Assembly (NCBI GenBank): GCA_965224245.1
Contig: OZ245046.1
Coordinates: 96,001 to 160,000 of the forward strand
Length of the DNA: 64,000 nucleotides
Direction: 5' to 3'
DNA from: Candidatus Eiseniibacteriota bacterium
Lineage (GTDB): Bacteria > Eisenbacteria > RBG-16-71-46 > CAZAMP01
The translations under genes were made by a program, and so were the position numbers. How positions within the stretch are numbered: position 1 is the first letter of the stretch; every line of letters starts with the position of its first letter. Below are positions 40,244-52,810 of the stretch, piece by piece. Under the pieces are notes generated by a model. The model was given only the letters and a program-made list of their open reading frames with translations. It made no database searches and was not told where the DNA came from.

Positions 40244-41410
40244 TCATCTCAGCAGCGCCGCCTTCCGTGTCCCGACGACCCGCTCATCGACACTCAGCAC
40301 GTAGACATACACGCCGCTGGGCATCGGTGACCCGGTCGCATCGCGACCATCCCAGGTGACCGAGTGCTCACCGGCGGGAAGGTGGTCATCCACGAGCCGT
40401 CGCAGGAAGCGGCCGTTGACGTCGTACACCAGAATCCGGCTCGAGCCGGCCGTCCCGAGCGTGAACGGAAGGGTCGTCGTCGGGTTGAACGGGTTCGGAT
40501 ACGGGGCGAGGATCATGCTCCGGACCAGTGGTGGGGAGGCGCCAACGGAGATCGTGCCGGATAGGGTCCAGATGTCCCAGTCGTCGATGCCGTCGCCATC
40601 GTCACGGTCGGACCGGAACGCGATCTGACTGCCGTCGGGTGACCAGGCGGCGGCCCGGTCATCCGCCGGGCTGGCGGTCATCCGCCGCTCCATGCCGCCG
40701 GTCGCCGGGACCGTCCAGATGTCGTAATTGGAGTCGCGGTATCGAAAGAAGGCGATCTCATCATTGACCGACCAGTGGGGACCACCTTCCTCGTCGAGGC
40801 TGGTGGTGACCTGGGTCAGGGTGCCGTCCGACAGCCGGATCCGCCAGATGTTGGTGTCACCGCCTCGGTCGGACCGGAAGGCGAGCTGACTGCCGTCGGG
40901 TGACCAGGTGGGATGGGTGTCGCTGGCGCTGGGATAGTCGGTGATGTTGGTCACCGCGCCGTCTGACAGTCGGACCACGCAGATGTCAACGTTCTCCCAG
41001 AAGGCAATCCGGCTGCCGTCAGGCGACCAGGCGGGTATGTACTCGCCACCGGGGAGGTTGGTGACCTGGGTCAGCTCGCCGTCCGACAGCCGGATCACCC
41101 AGATGTCGCTGCTGCCGCCTCGCCACGACCGGAAGGCGATCCGCTCACCGTCGGGCGACCAGTCGGGCTGGGTGTCCGCGTCCGGATGCGTGGTGATCTG
41201 GGTCAGCTCGCCGTCCGACAGCCGGATCACCCAGATGTCGTCATTGCCGCTACGGTTGGACACGAATGCGATGTGGGTGCCCTCGGGCGACCATGCAGGA
41301 TACGAGTCGTTGGCCGGGTCGGTGGTGATCTGAGTGTGCGACAGAGCCCCCTGCGAGCCGAGGGCGAGCGCCGCACAGGCGGACAGAACGGAGACCAGGA
41401 TGGATCTCAT
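40244..41410 (-). CDS. Secreted TolB-like PD40 beta-propeller protein with CTD
   Basis: RBS GGAGGAG, signal peptide, repeated PxWSPDG..IAF.S.R; PYPNPFNP...YDVNGRFLRRL...WDGRD...KAALLR. Confidence 0.92.
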   Translation of the reverse strand: MRSILVSVLSACAALALGSQGALSHTQITTDPANDSYPAWSPEGTHIAFVSNRSGNDDIWVIRLSDGELTQITTHPDADTQPDWSPDGERIAFRSWRGGSSDIWVIRLSDGELTQVTNLPGGEYIPAWSPDGSRIAFWENVDICVVRLSDGAVTNITDYPSASDTHPTWSPDGSQLAFRSDRGGDTNIWRIRLSDGTLTQVTTSLDEEGGPHWSVNDEIAFFRYRDSNYDIWTVPATGGMERRMTASPADDRAAAWSPDGSQIAFRSDRDDGDGIDDWDIWTLSGTISVGASPPLVRSMILAPYPNPFNPTTTLPFTLGTAGSSRILVYDVNGRFLRRLVDDHLPAGEHSVTWDGRDATGSPMPSGVYVYVLSVDERVVGTRKAALLR

Positions 41411-42049
41411 CGGACTCCTCCAGGATGGATGCCGTTTGGCGCTACCGGAAGAGAGCGCCACTGCGCCGGCGTTCCTCGGCTTCGTGGGCGCGCACCCCGT
41501 GAGCGATGGTCCCCGTCCATCTGCCGGGGATCCGACCGTTCCCGATCGGCGGTGCGCAGTTTCGGGCGGAATGCACGAGAAGTCGCCGACAGCAGGAGTA
41601 GCGCATGGGTGGGAACAACGTGCGTCTCGACCTCCAGGTAGCGGCCACCAACCCTGCGAGGGACGAGATCGGCGGAGGTCGAACGAGAGAGGGAATCCTG
41701 CGACCCAGTCCCGCGAGACGACGCGTGAGCCCGGTGCCCGTCAAATCGGGCATCGTCGGAATCACGCGCTCGTGGTCGCGCTTTGCCTGCCGGCACCCGC
41801 CAAGCCGACCCGACACCCCATATTATCCAACGACCTGGACGAGTGTTTCAACCGGGTAGACGACGCATCCTCGGCTCATCCCGACGGCGGCCTCGTGGCC
41901 GGATCGGCACAAGGTCAACGGGAGCAGAGGATTGTGGGATCAGGCCGTCGACCGGCGGGCGAGGTACCATCATGGGTGGAACGATCAAACCGCTCGAACT
42001 GGCGGGGTGGGCGGTCCGCTGGGTCACGAGATGCTCCGGAGGTCAGGAC

Positions 42050-42517
42050 GTGGATACGAGCTCCAGCACTCCTTCGGCTGCCTACACGCTGCGCTGCGCC
42101 GGCGTCACGGATCTGAGCTTCGTGTGCGATCTTCGCGAGAGAACCCTCCGAAAGCACATTGACGACGCCTTCGGATGGGACGCCGCCGAGCAGCGATCCG
42201 GGTACGAGAAGCTGCTTCGTGACGCCGACGCGTGGGTCGTCGTCGTCGACTCGGAGGACGTCGGCTTTCTCCACTTCGAGATGGAACGAGACGGCGGCCG
42301 GCTTCACGAAATCGTGATCCGGCCCGAGAGTCAGGATCTGGGACTCGGATCGACGATCATTCGCGATCTCTGTCACGAGTGTGCGTCGGCCGACGTTCCT
42401 CTGGAGCTCGCCGTGCTCCGAGCGAACACCGCGGCGATCAGGCTCTACGAACGGATGGAGTTCGTCATCTTCAAGGAGTCCGAGCAAGCGCTGTGGATGC
42501 GATGGTGGGCTCGCTGA
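42050..42517 (+). CDS. GNAT family N-acetyltransferase
   Basis: GTG after GGAGG; IVIRPESQDLGLGS, NTAAIRLYERMEF. Confidence 0.82.
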   Translation: MDTSSSTPSAAYTLRCAGVTDLSFVCDLRERTLRKHIDDAFGWDAAEQRSGYEKLLRDADAWVVVVDSEDVGFLHFEMERDGGRLHEIVIRPESQDLGLGSTIIRDLCHECASADVPLELAVLRANTAAIRLYERMEFVIFKESEQALWMRWWAR

Positions 42518-42564
42518 GAGCACCGTTCGGTCGAGAGACGCACGCGCGTCATCGACGCGACGGG

Positions 42565-43365
42565 CTATCGACGCAGCCGTAGTGCGAGCCGGTCGTCTCG
42601 CAGGATCTCCTCGGCCCGACCCGGCAGTGCCCTCCAGTCGTCGACCCGTGCGTCGATGTTGCGACCGGACAGCGCGTCGAGAGCGCCGGCGGCGATGAAC
42701 GCGACGAGGTCGGCCGCTTGCTCGGGCGGCGTCCAAACACTCTCGGGGATCTCGGCCGCGGCCTCGCCGAGCGCGGTGATCATCCGCTCGGTCATGGTCG
42801 TTCTAACCGACCCCGGCCGGACGGCGAACACGGATACTCCGTGGGGACGCGCGTCGTGGGCCAGGACCTCCGTGAGACGGGTGAGCGCGGCTTTGCTGGC
42901 CATGTACGCGCTGTAGGTCGGGGACTCGTCGACTCGGTTGTACGCCATCTGGCTGCCGAGGTTGACGACCCGGCCACGCCGACGCTCGTTCATTCTCGGC
43001 AGGATCACACGGGACAGGAGGAACGGACCGAGCAGGTTGACCTTGAAAACGCGCCACCATTCATCGGGCTCGCGCTCCCACGCCGGTCCACCCGTTTCCA
43101 GCGCGCCCGCGTTGTTCACGAGCAGATCGATCGGTCCCAGCTCGCGCTCGACGCGATCCACCGCGCTCTCGACCGCGTCGCCGTCCGTGACGTCGAGAAC
43201 CACCGCGGCGCCGCCGATCGTCCGGGCGACCTCCGTGATCTCGTCGCGAGTGCGCGCCGCGACGGCGACTCGCATTCCGTCGGAGGCCAGACGCTCGGCT
43301 ATCGCGCGGCCGATGCCTCGGCCGCCTCCGGTCACGAGGGCAACACCGTCCAGTGCTTTCGACAT
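42565..43365 (-). CDS. SDR family oxidoreductase
   Basis: TGGGRGIG, NNAG, YMASK (YxxxK). Confidence 0.93.
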   Translation of the reverse strand: MSKALDGVALVTGGGRGIGRAIAERLASDGMRVAVAARTRDEITEVARTIGGAAVVLDVTDGDAVESAVDRVERELGPIDLLVNNAGALETGGPAWEREPDEWWRVFKVNLLGPFLLSRVILPRMNERRRGRVVNLGSQMAYNRVDESPTYSAYMASKAALTRLTEVLAHDARPHGVSVFAVRPGSVRTTMTERMITALGEAAAEIPESVWTPPEQAADLVAFIAAGALDALSGRNIDARVDDWRALPGRAEEILRDDRLALRLRR

Positions 43366-43724
43366 GGGCAGGCTCCTCCAGGTCGTGTTGAGCCCGTGAG
43401 TTCAGCATGCAGTGTCGGTCCCGTCCAGTCGCGGTCCGCGCAAGACCGACTCGGATCGAGTAGCGCGACCGAACTGGCGCTGCTGCATGCCTTTCGAGCG
43501 CCATCGGCACCGCTGATTCGTTCGTCAGGTCCGGTCGCGATCGGACCTTGGAGGGCCTCGGACCTCGGACGATGATGACGGCACGCCTGGACAGGCGTAG
43601 AATCCGGGTCGGAACGACGCCGGGATGCCGGCGCGTCGGTGGCCCTACCTCAACTCGATGCAACGTTTGCGGGTCCTCTGGCCGGCCGGCTACCGCGTGA
43701 ACGACCCTGACGCGGGAGGATCGA

Positions 43725-45200
43725 GTGAACGGCACGACTGTTCTTCGGGGTCACCTGCTCCTACCCTTGCTAACCGGCCCGGCGGCGGCATTCGACCCGG
43801 TCGATGATTTCGAGCGAGGGTTCTTCACGGAAAGCGCGTTCGTGGACGAGGTCCACGACATCGCGATCCCCGCCTCGGACGGGCACGCGATGCACCCGAT
43901 CCGGACGCTCATCCTCGACTCCGACGGGGGACTCGTCTACGCGACGAATACCTCCACCACGCCGTTTCCGGACTACGCGCTCTTGGCCTACGCGGCAGGT
44001 ACCGGCTCGGTGAGCATGCGGTGGGACTGGGGAAGCAGCCGCGACCTGACCGCGTTCGGCACGATCGATCGCATCGAGATGCTCGTGGGTGGAAGCCCGC
44101 CTGGGGGGCAGATCACCACCACGCTGACCGACCTCTCCGGTAGCGAGAGCGTGACGCGGCCCACGAGCGGGGGTCTGGAGCTTCTCGCGTACCCGCTCGG
44201 CGACTGGATGGTCGTCGACCCGACAGCGGCGCGGTCGCTGACCGTCCGGTTTGCGGGTGGCGAGGACCACTACACGGTTTCGGAGATTCGCTTCCGACGC
44301 GTCGGCTCGGTGGACGTCGACCTCATCGGGGACTTCGTGGCCACGGCGGTGCCGCCGCTGCCGTCTCCTCCGCTGCGATACCGTGTGCTGGACGACCTGG
44401 CGAACCCGCTGTACCGTGCCGACGTCGTCATCCGCGACGCGGTGGCCGAGGGTCCCGTGGAGATGACGGCATCCTGGCGAGAGCAGCTCGGAGTCGCCGG
44501 TGATCAGGGCGTGACGGAGTTCCAGTGGAACCCAGCCGGTGAGTTTCAGAACACCGCTTTCACGTTCTCGATCGACTTCACCTCGGCAGACGGATTCGCG
44601 CCCGAAGCCTGGCCGCCGGACCCATACCTCGACGACCCGACGTCGTTCTCGCTCGCGTTCCCCGTGCGCGCGCTCGACGGCGGTGCAACGGTCGGAACCT
44701 CGAACACGCTCCTTCTCTTCGACATCCATCCCGGGCAGGGCCTCGAGTTCTCGTCCGCGGCGGTCACGCCACGACGGAGCACCGGGGCCTGGACGACGGG
44801 GTTCGACGTGCTGTTCGAGCTCGGGCAAGTATCGGGCGTGGAGCTGGAGCTGCCGCTGTTGATCACCACCTGGATCGCGGACTGGGTTCCGGCCGATGCC
44901 GTCGGCGTGGGTGGGTCAGGCACAGCTCCCGGACCTCGCCTCCACCTGGTCGCCCGTCCGAGTCCGACGCGCGGCCGGACCGAGATCGGATCGAACAGGC
45001 CCTTCACGGCCCACACCCAGCTCTGCATTCACGACGTCGCGGGTCGCCTCGTTCGGGCGCTGATACCGTGGTCCGGAGCCGAGCATGTGGTCTGGGACGG
45101 CAGGGACCGCTCCGGTATGCCGGTGCCGGCCGGCGTCTACTTCGTGCGGCTCCAGGAGCCGTCTGGCGAGGTCGCGGCGCGGGTCATCCAGGTGCGTTGA
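43725..45200 (+). CDS. Secreted beta-rich hypothetical protein with CTD
   Basis: RBS GGAGG, signal peptide; CTD RPSP...HDVAGRLVRAL...WDGRD...GVYF...RVIQVR. Confidence 0.85.
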   Translation: MNGTTVLRGHLLLPLLTGPAAAFDPVDDFERGFFTESAFVDEVHDIAIPASDGHAMHPIRTLILDSDGGLVYATNTSTTPFPDYALLAYAAGTGSVSMRWDWGSSRDLTAFGTIDRIEMLVGGSPPGGQITTTLTDLSGSESVTRPTSGGLELLAYPLGDWMVVDPTAARSLTVRFAGGEDHYTVSEIRFRRVGSVDVDLIGDFVATAVPPLPSPPLRYRVLDDLANPLYRADVVIRDAVAEGPVEMTASWREQLGVAGDQGVTEFQWNPAGEFQNTAFTFSIDFTSADGFAPEAWPPDPYLDDPTSFSLAFPVRALDGGATVGTSNTLLLFDIHPGQGLEFSSAAVTPRRSTGAWTTGFDVLFELGQVSGVELELPLLITTWIADWVPADAVGVGGSGTAPGPRLHLVARPSPTRGRTEIGSNRPFTAHTQLCIHDVAGRLVRALIPWSGAEHVVWDGRDRSGMPVPAGVYFVRLQEPSGEVAARVIQVR

Positions 45201-45270
45201 CTTGCAGGTCGCTTGCTGCCGGGGCGACCTCCTCGAACTCGGCGTATGCATGTACCCCGCCCAGAACGTG

Positions 45271-45290
45271 GTACCGACACGTGTCGGTAC
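45271..45290. repeat. Perfect 20-bp palindrome GTACCGACACGTGTCGGTAC
   Basis: Self reverse-complementary; lies between convergent genes. Confidence 0.7.
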
Positions 45291-45348
45291 TCCATCGCGC
45301 TCGTACTGCTCGAGAAGCGAGTCCTGGACGGGAGCGGGGTCGACGCTC

Positions 45349-46722
45349 CTACATGCCGCCGATCACGACGGGGCCGAGCGGAGCGTCCAGGATCAGCTTC
45401 CGGTCGAGGTCACCGCTCCAGTCGTGTGAACCCGGGTGAAACAAGAGCTTGGTGCCCTCCGTGACGTTGACCAGAGTCCACAGCATGCCGCCGAAGGGAT
45501 CGTCGTAGCTGCCCACGCCGAGCCCGATCACGTCGGAGACCCACAGCCCGTCGATGCACGTCGTCGGCCAGATCACGGTATCGAGGATGTCCCAGATCCG
45601 CCCGCCGATCTCGGCGGAAGCGTAGCCGGTCGTGCCGCCGTCCAGCTTGCGGTCGTTCATGAGAACGACGATGCCGACGTCGGTGGCGTTGCCCCGCAGG
45701 TAGCCGCTGGAACCCCCCATCCACCCGATGAACCCGTGTCCGGTCGCGGCATAGTGCTCGTGAAGAAACGTCAGGAGGGGCGCCGCACTCGCCACGATCG
45801 AGGTCGACCCCACCGCCGCGAAGGTGTCGAATCCGCCGTAGGGCCACTCTACCCGGGCGCCGTCCGAGTTGTACACGTTTCGAACGAGGCTCTCTGCGGG
45901 ATCGATGAAGTAGTGCGGCTCGCGAAGGCCGGTCTCCCAGAAGGGCTCGGCGATGAAGAACTCCGTCGAGGGGACCCACATGCCTTTCGTCAACACGCGT
46001 GACCGGAGGTACTCGAAGTACGGCATGCCGCCACGTTCCTCGACGATGCGTCCCAGAACGTTGTATCCGAAGTTGGAGTACCGGTCCTCGGCTCCGGGAT
46101 CATCGATCAGATCCTTCCCCAGTGCATACCGGATGGTGTTCTCGAGTCCGGGAGGTGAGTCGATGCCCATGGCGTCGGCGATCTCGATCTCGCGGAACGT
46201 GTACTCGTCCGCCCACGCAGCCGTGTGGTCGAGCAGATGCTGAACCGTGATGTCACACACGCGAACGTCGCTGATTCCTCCGAACGGTGCCAGCGCGAGC
46301 ACCCCGCCGCCCGGCTGACCCAGATCGAATGCATGCTCGCCGAGCGCCAGCGCGCCATCCTCCACGAGCTGGTCGATGGCGCGCTTGATGAAGCACTTCG
46401 AGATGCTGGCCACGCGCATCGTCGCGTTCTCGGGCATCGGGTCTCCGAGCTCGTTGCGGTAGCCGAAGCCGCGAAGGTAGACGAGGCATCCCTCGTGCAT
46501 GACGCCGACGGTACAGCCTTCGATGTTCTCGGCGGTCATGACCGCGATGACCTCGTCGTCGATGTCGGAGAGCTCGGGGACGGGCATCCCCCGGATGGGA
46601 ATGCTGGCCACGTTCGTGCTCAGCCCCAGCGCCAGCGCCAGAAGGGCGCCCGCTCGCGTGTTGTCCGGGCGGAGCCGATGGATGACTCGGCGATGGGTCG
46701 GCCACCGGATCGATCTCGGCAT
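45349..46722 (-). CDS. Serine hydrolase (beta-lactamase class C-like) family protein
   Basis: ASISK (SxxK), LLDHTA, YSNFGY (YxN); ATG 46722 after GGAGG; hydrophobic signal-like segment. Confidence 0.88.
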   Translation of the reverse strand: MPRSIRWPTHRRVIHRLRPDNTRAGALLALALGLSTNVASIPIRGMPVPELSDIDDEVIAVMTAENIEGCTVGVMHEGCLVYLRGFGYRNELGDPMPENATMRVASISKCFIKRAIDQLVEDGALALGEHAFDLGQPGGGVLALAPFGGISDVRVCDITVQHLLDHTAAWADEYTFREIEIADAMGIDSPPGLENTIRYALGKDLIDDPGAEDRYSNFGYNVLGRIVEERGGMPYFEYLRSRVLTKGMWVPSTEFFIAEPFWETGLREPHYFIDPAESLVRNVYNSDGARVEWPYGGFDTFAAVGSTSIVASAAPLLTFLHEHYAATGHGFIGWMGGSSGYLRGNATDVGIVVLMNDRKLDGGTTGYASAEIGGRIWDILDTVIWPTTCIDGLWVSDVIGLGVGSYDDPFGGMLWTLVNVTEGTKLLFHPGSHDWSGDLDRKLILDAPLGPVVIGGM

Positions 46723-46835
46723 GGCTACCTCCAGAGCGGCGGAGCTTCGACTCCGAGGCTCGGCCAACGTGTCACGGGTGGTCACGACGAGCCCCGATCT
46801 CGGCGCGATCCTGCGTTTGCATCCGGCCGATGGCA

Positions 46836-47243
46836 TCACGCTCGGGGGCGACGCGACGCCGTCACGGTAGAAACCGCAAGCAAGCGCGCGAACCCTTCAC
46901 GAGATCGCCGTCTCGAAGGTCGGGACGCGGATCGTCCGGAGACGGCCAGGGTGCCTGCTTCGCATACGACACGGAAGTCTCCGGGTGTGGAGCCGTCGAT
47001 CACGAGATCGCCGTGAATGGCGACCCCGTTCCGCGCCACGATGGTCGTCCCGGCGGGGTACCTCTGCTCGTCTCCGGCGGACACCTCGAAGTGATCGAAC
47101 TCCAGCTCGCCGGTGGAGTCGGGGGCGACGGTGGAGCTGTCCTGGCCGCACGAGCCGGCGACGAGCGCGAGCATCGTGGCGAGTGCCAGGATCCGAAGCG
47201 AACCGAGCCGTGGGTGGCGGATGACGTCCACGAGCAACTCCAT
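46836..47243 (-). pseudogene. Probable truncated lipoprotein (N-terminal fragment)
   Basis: Lipobox-like LVAGSC-G and a beta-rich stretch (VAIHGDLVIDG...LAVSG), after which the sequence degenerates; an alternative frame gives TIRVPTFE then stops. Confidence 0.45.
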
Positions 47244-47513
47244 CGAGGCGGCTCTCCGACGAGGCTTCGCATCGGGGCGAAGCGGAGCTGACGTCGGAGT
47301 CCCCAGGAGACGACAGTGTTGCTCAGATCACAGCCTACGAACGCGCCGCCGGAGCGGCTTCATTTGGACAACCACCTGACAGCGCGCCGTGGGACGGGCG
47401 AGACGCGTACGTGCTCTCGCCCTGTCCAGAGGGCGGCAGATCGATGTGGATCCGCCGTCCCGTCGCGGGTCGGAGAGGTGGGGCGTGTGCCCACTCCCTC
47501 CGACCCGGTTCCG

Positions 47514-50191
<2,678 letters not shown>

Positions 50192-50202
50192 GGGTGAGCC
50201 CT

Positions 50203-50256
50203 ACATCAGAATGAATTACGAGGTAGGAGTGGATCAGATCTCGGGCGAGCTGTCAA
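50203..50256 (-). promoter_or_regulatory. Putative fur-katG promoter and AT-rich operator
   Basis: Minus strand TTGACA (50256-50251), 17 nt, then TCCACT preceded by TGA, followed by AT-rich CGTAATTCATTCTGATGTA before the start codon. Confidence 0.55.
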
Positions 50257-50606
50257 GCGCGGCCGCGATCGCTCGCGGCGGTCGGGATCGCGGCGTCCGG
50301 GACACGATCCCGTTGCCAAATCACCGTTCACGGGGCACGGCTCCGGGCCTGCTGGCGGCCGATCGGGGCGGTGACGCGCGGGACGTACGGGAAACCCACA
50401 ATGCCGGAAACGCTTGCTGTCCCACTAGAATGGAGCAATCGTGGTCGGCACGTGCCGTGCCCGCACGCCAGTGTCGGAGTGGGACCACGTTTCAATCCCC
50501 ACTGCGCCTCTGCCGGCACCCATCACCAGCGTCTCACCGTCGATCCCACGAGGGAGTCGTCTCCGACGCTCTCGTCGTCGGCTCCTCCAGGAGAAGGAGG
50601 CGAACC

Positions 50607-51335
50607 GTGAGAACGATGTCGTGGCTCGCATGGGGACTCGCACTGACACTACTCGGATGCAGCCAGCACGGGGGTCGTACCAACGGTCTGGAGCTCTCGC
50701 CCTCAGCGTCCGGTCTCGTGGTCGTGGACGCTCCGGTGGCGCGCACCTCACTCATCGCGGCGTCTCGAACGGACGAGGACCCCGCATCGTCACGTGGGTA
50801 CGTCGTGAACACGGTCACGCTCGTCGATGAGAACGGCGTCTCGCGTGCTCTGGACACGATGTACCTCGATCCGGAGCGGTGGGTCTTTCTTCATGCCCTC
50901 CCGGCCGGTACCTACCGGCTCCGACGCCTCGAGCTGGGGTTCGGCGAGGATCGCCAGGTCGGAGCCAGCCTTCCGGTCGGGTCCGTCGGCGACGCGCAGC
51001 TGTCCGTCGGTGTCGAGAAGGCGGTCGGCGGCGGGAACGTGACGCTGAACGGTCCGGGTCGCTCGCTCGAGGCCGATGGCGATGGTGCGGAGTTCGAGTT
51101 CATCGTCGCTCCCGGCCGTGTCTCCTACGTGGGACGAGTGTCGGTGGCGCGCGATGCACCGCGAGTGAAGCCGGACGACCCATTCGGGATCGGCGTCGAC
51201 CCCGAGATCGAGATCAACACGCTGCAGAACGTGCTCCGCCACTTCCAGACGAAGCGGAGCCTTCGCGCCCAGCACTGGGTGCCGGCGCTGACGCACCGGC
51301 TGGAGGAGCTCGGCGCCAGCTGGACCGGCTTCTAG
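50607..51335 (+). CDS. Putative lipoprotein
   Basis: AAGGAGG + GTG; lipobox TLLGC-S; LPAGTYRL and VAPGRVSYVGRV beta-sandwich motifs. Confidence 0.8.
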   Translation: MRTMSWLAWGLALTLLGCSQHGGRTNGLELSPSASGLVVVDAPVARTSLIAASRTDEDPASSRGYVVNTVTLVDENGVSRALDTMYLDPERWVFLHALPAGTYRLRRLELGFGEDRQVGASLPVGSVGDAQLSVGVEKAVGGGNVTLNGPGRSLEADGDGAEFEFIVAPGRVSYVGRVSVARDAPRVKPDDPFGIGVDPEIEINTLQNVLRHFQTKRSLRAQHWVPALTHRLEELGASWTGF

Positions 51336-51412
51336 GCCGGAGGATCGAGCTTCGGGTCGCGCCGATGCCGGCGCGTGAGATCATGGGTTTCACGAACGAA
51401 GGCGAGGAGCCA

Positions 51413-52810
51413 GTGCTCGATCGCTCTCTGATGACAGGAGGCGGCCGGGTCGCTCACCCGCGCCGGCCGGCCCGCATCGCCGGGGTGTTCTGCGGAACGA
51501 CGATCAGCTTGCTGCTCACCTCGACCTCGGCGGCCGACCCACCGGGCGGTGCGCAAACACCGAAGTCCGCGTCCGCCCCCAGATCCGGCGATCCGGCGAT
51601 CCTGGAGCTGATGGCCGCCGCGACGGACGAGAAGGAGCCCGAGAAGAAGAAGCGCGTCCCGAAGCCACCCGACGACGAGGACGAAGACGACGACGAGAAG
51701 AAGCAGAAAGAGGACGACGACAACTCGTGTCTGGGGGAGTTCACGAGCTGCTTCATCAGCACGCTCTTCTCGAGCGACGACGACTCGCCGCAGGAGACCC
51801 TCGCGCCGGAGGTGACCGCACCCGCACCCGAGGAGCGCACACACGAACGCCGGATCGAGACCGGAACCGAGGTCGTGATCGATCCCGCGCCCGGCGTCGA
51901 GTCCGTACCCGTCTGGAGTGCGCCCGGCGGCGAGATGCATGGCGCGACACTCGTGTATCAGCTGGGGCGAGATACGGTCGCGCTCGTGGTCGGGACGGCA
52001 TCGGTCGCATCGACGACCTGGCTCTCGGTGAATCCTCGAGACGCCGATCTCACGCCGGGATGGATTCTCGCCGATCACGTGCTCGACACTCCGGACCCGG
52101 AGATCGCCTTGGCGCCCGCGCCGGCACTCACGCCGGCACCGAGCGACGAGCTCGAGCTCCAACACGACCTGATCGAGCCCGAGAGGCCGCCGTTGTCTCG
52201 ATGGCAGGTCACGGGCGACCTCGGATTCTTCGTGGCGGACGATCCCTCCTCGGCGATCTCCGACGAGTACCGTGATGGCGGGTTTGCCGCCGGAGTGGGC
52301 ATTCGCTTCATGCCCGGCGCGTCACCCCACACCCTTCGGCTGCGGTATGCGTTCGGTCATCAGGGAGGCGACCCCCAGTTCAACTTCATCACGGGGGACA
52401 GCGCGCGCGTGGACATTCCCACCGACGTCGACATTTACTTCCACACCCTTCAGCTGCTCGCCGGCACCAGCCACGCCGTGTCCGACGACGGCCTCCTGTC
52501 CTGGGGGATCGGCCCCACGATCAGCCGCGTGCGAGAGCGCGGATCGATCGACTTCGAGGAGTACGAGTCCGGGGTGCTGGTCAACGCGGGCACCGAGGAG
52601 CAGAGCCTCGCCCGATGGGCGTTCGGAGCCGCCGTCATGTTCGGATACGAGGCGAACGTCGCCCCGACACTCTCGCTCGGCGGGATGATCAACGCGACGT
52701 ACGCCGCCTGGGAGAGCCGGCGAGAGGAGTCGCTCGGCCTGGACTGGCTCGACGATGACGGCATCTTCCTCGTGTCGATCACGGCCGTGATCGGCTACGG
52801 CATTCGATGA
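51413..52810 (+). CDS. Hypothetical protein, likely SH3-like domain plus outer-membrane beta-barrel
   Basis: GAGGAG + GTG; charged low-complexity linker; VPVWSAPG...WLSV...GWILADHV; alternating beta-strands ending ITAVIGYGIR. Confidence 0.65.
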   Translation: MLDRSLMTGGGRVAHPRRPARIAGVFCGTTISLLLTSTSAADPPGGAQTPKSASAPRSGDPAILELMAAATDEKEPEKKKRVPKPPDDEDEDDDEKKQKEDDDNSCLGEFTSCFISTLFSSDDDSPQETLAPEVTAPAPEERTHERRIETGTEVVIDPAPGVESVPVWSAPGGEMHGATLVYQLGRDTVALVVGTASVASTTWLSVNPRDADLTPGWILADHVLDTPDPEIALAPAPALTPAPSDELELQHDLIEPERPPLSRWQVTGDLGFFVADDPSSAISDEYRDGGFAAGVGIRFMPGASPHTLRLRYAFGHQGGDPQFNFITGDSARVDIPTDVDIYFHTLQLLAGTSHAVSDDGLLSWGIGPTISRVRERGSIDFEEYESGVLVNAGTEEQSLARWAFGAAVMFGYEANVAPTLSLGGMINATYAAWESRREESLGLDWLDDDGIFLVSITAVIGYGIR

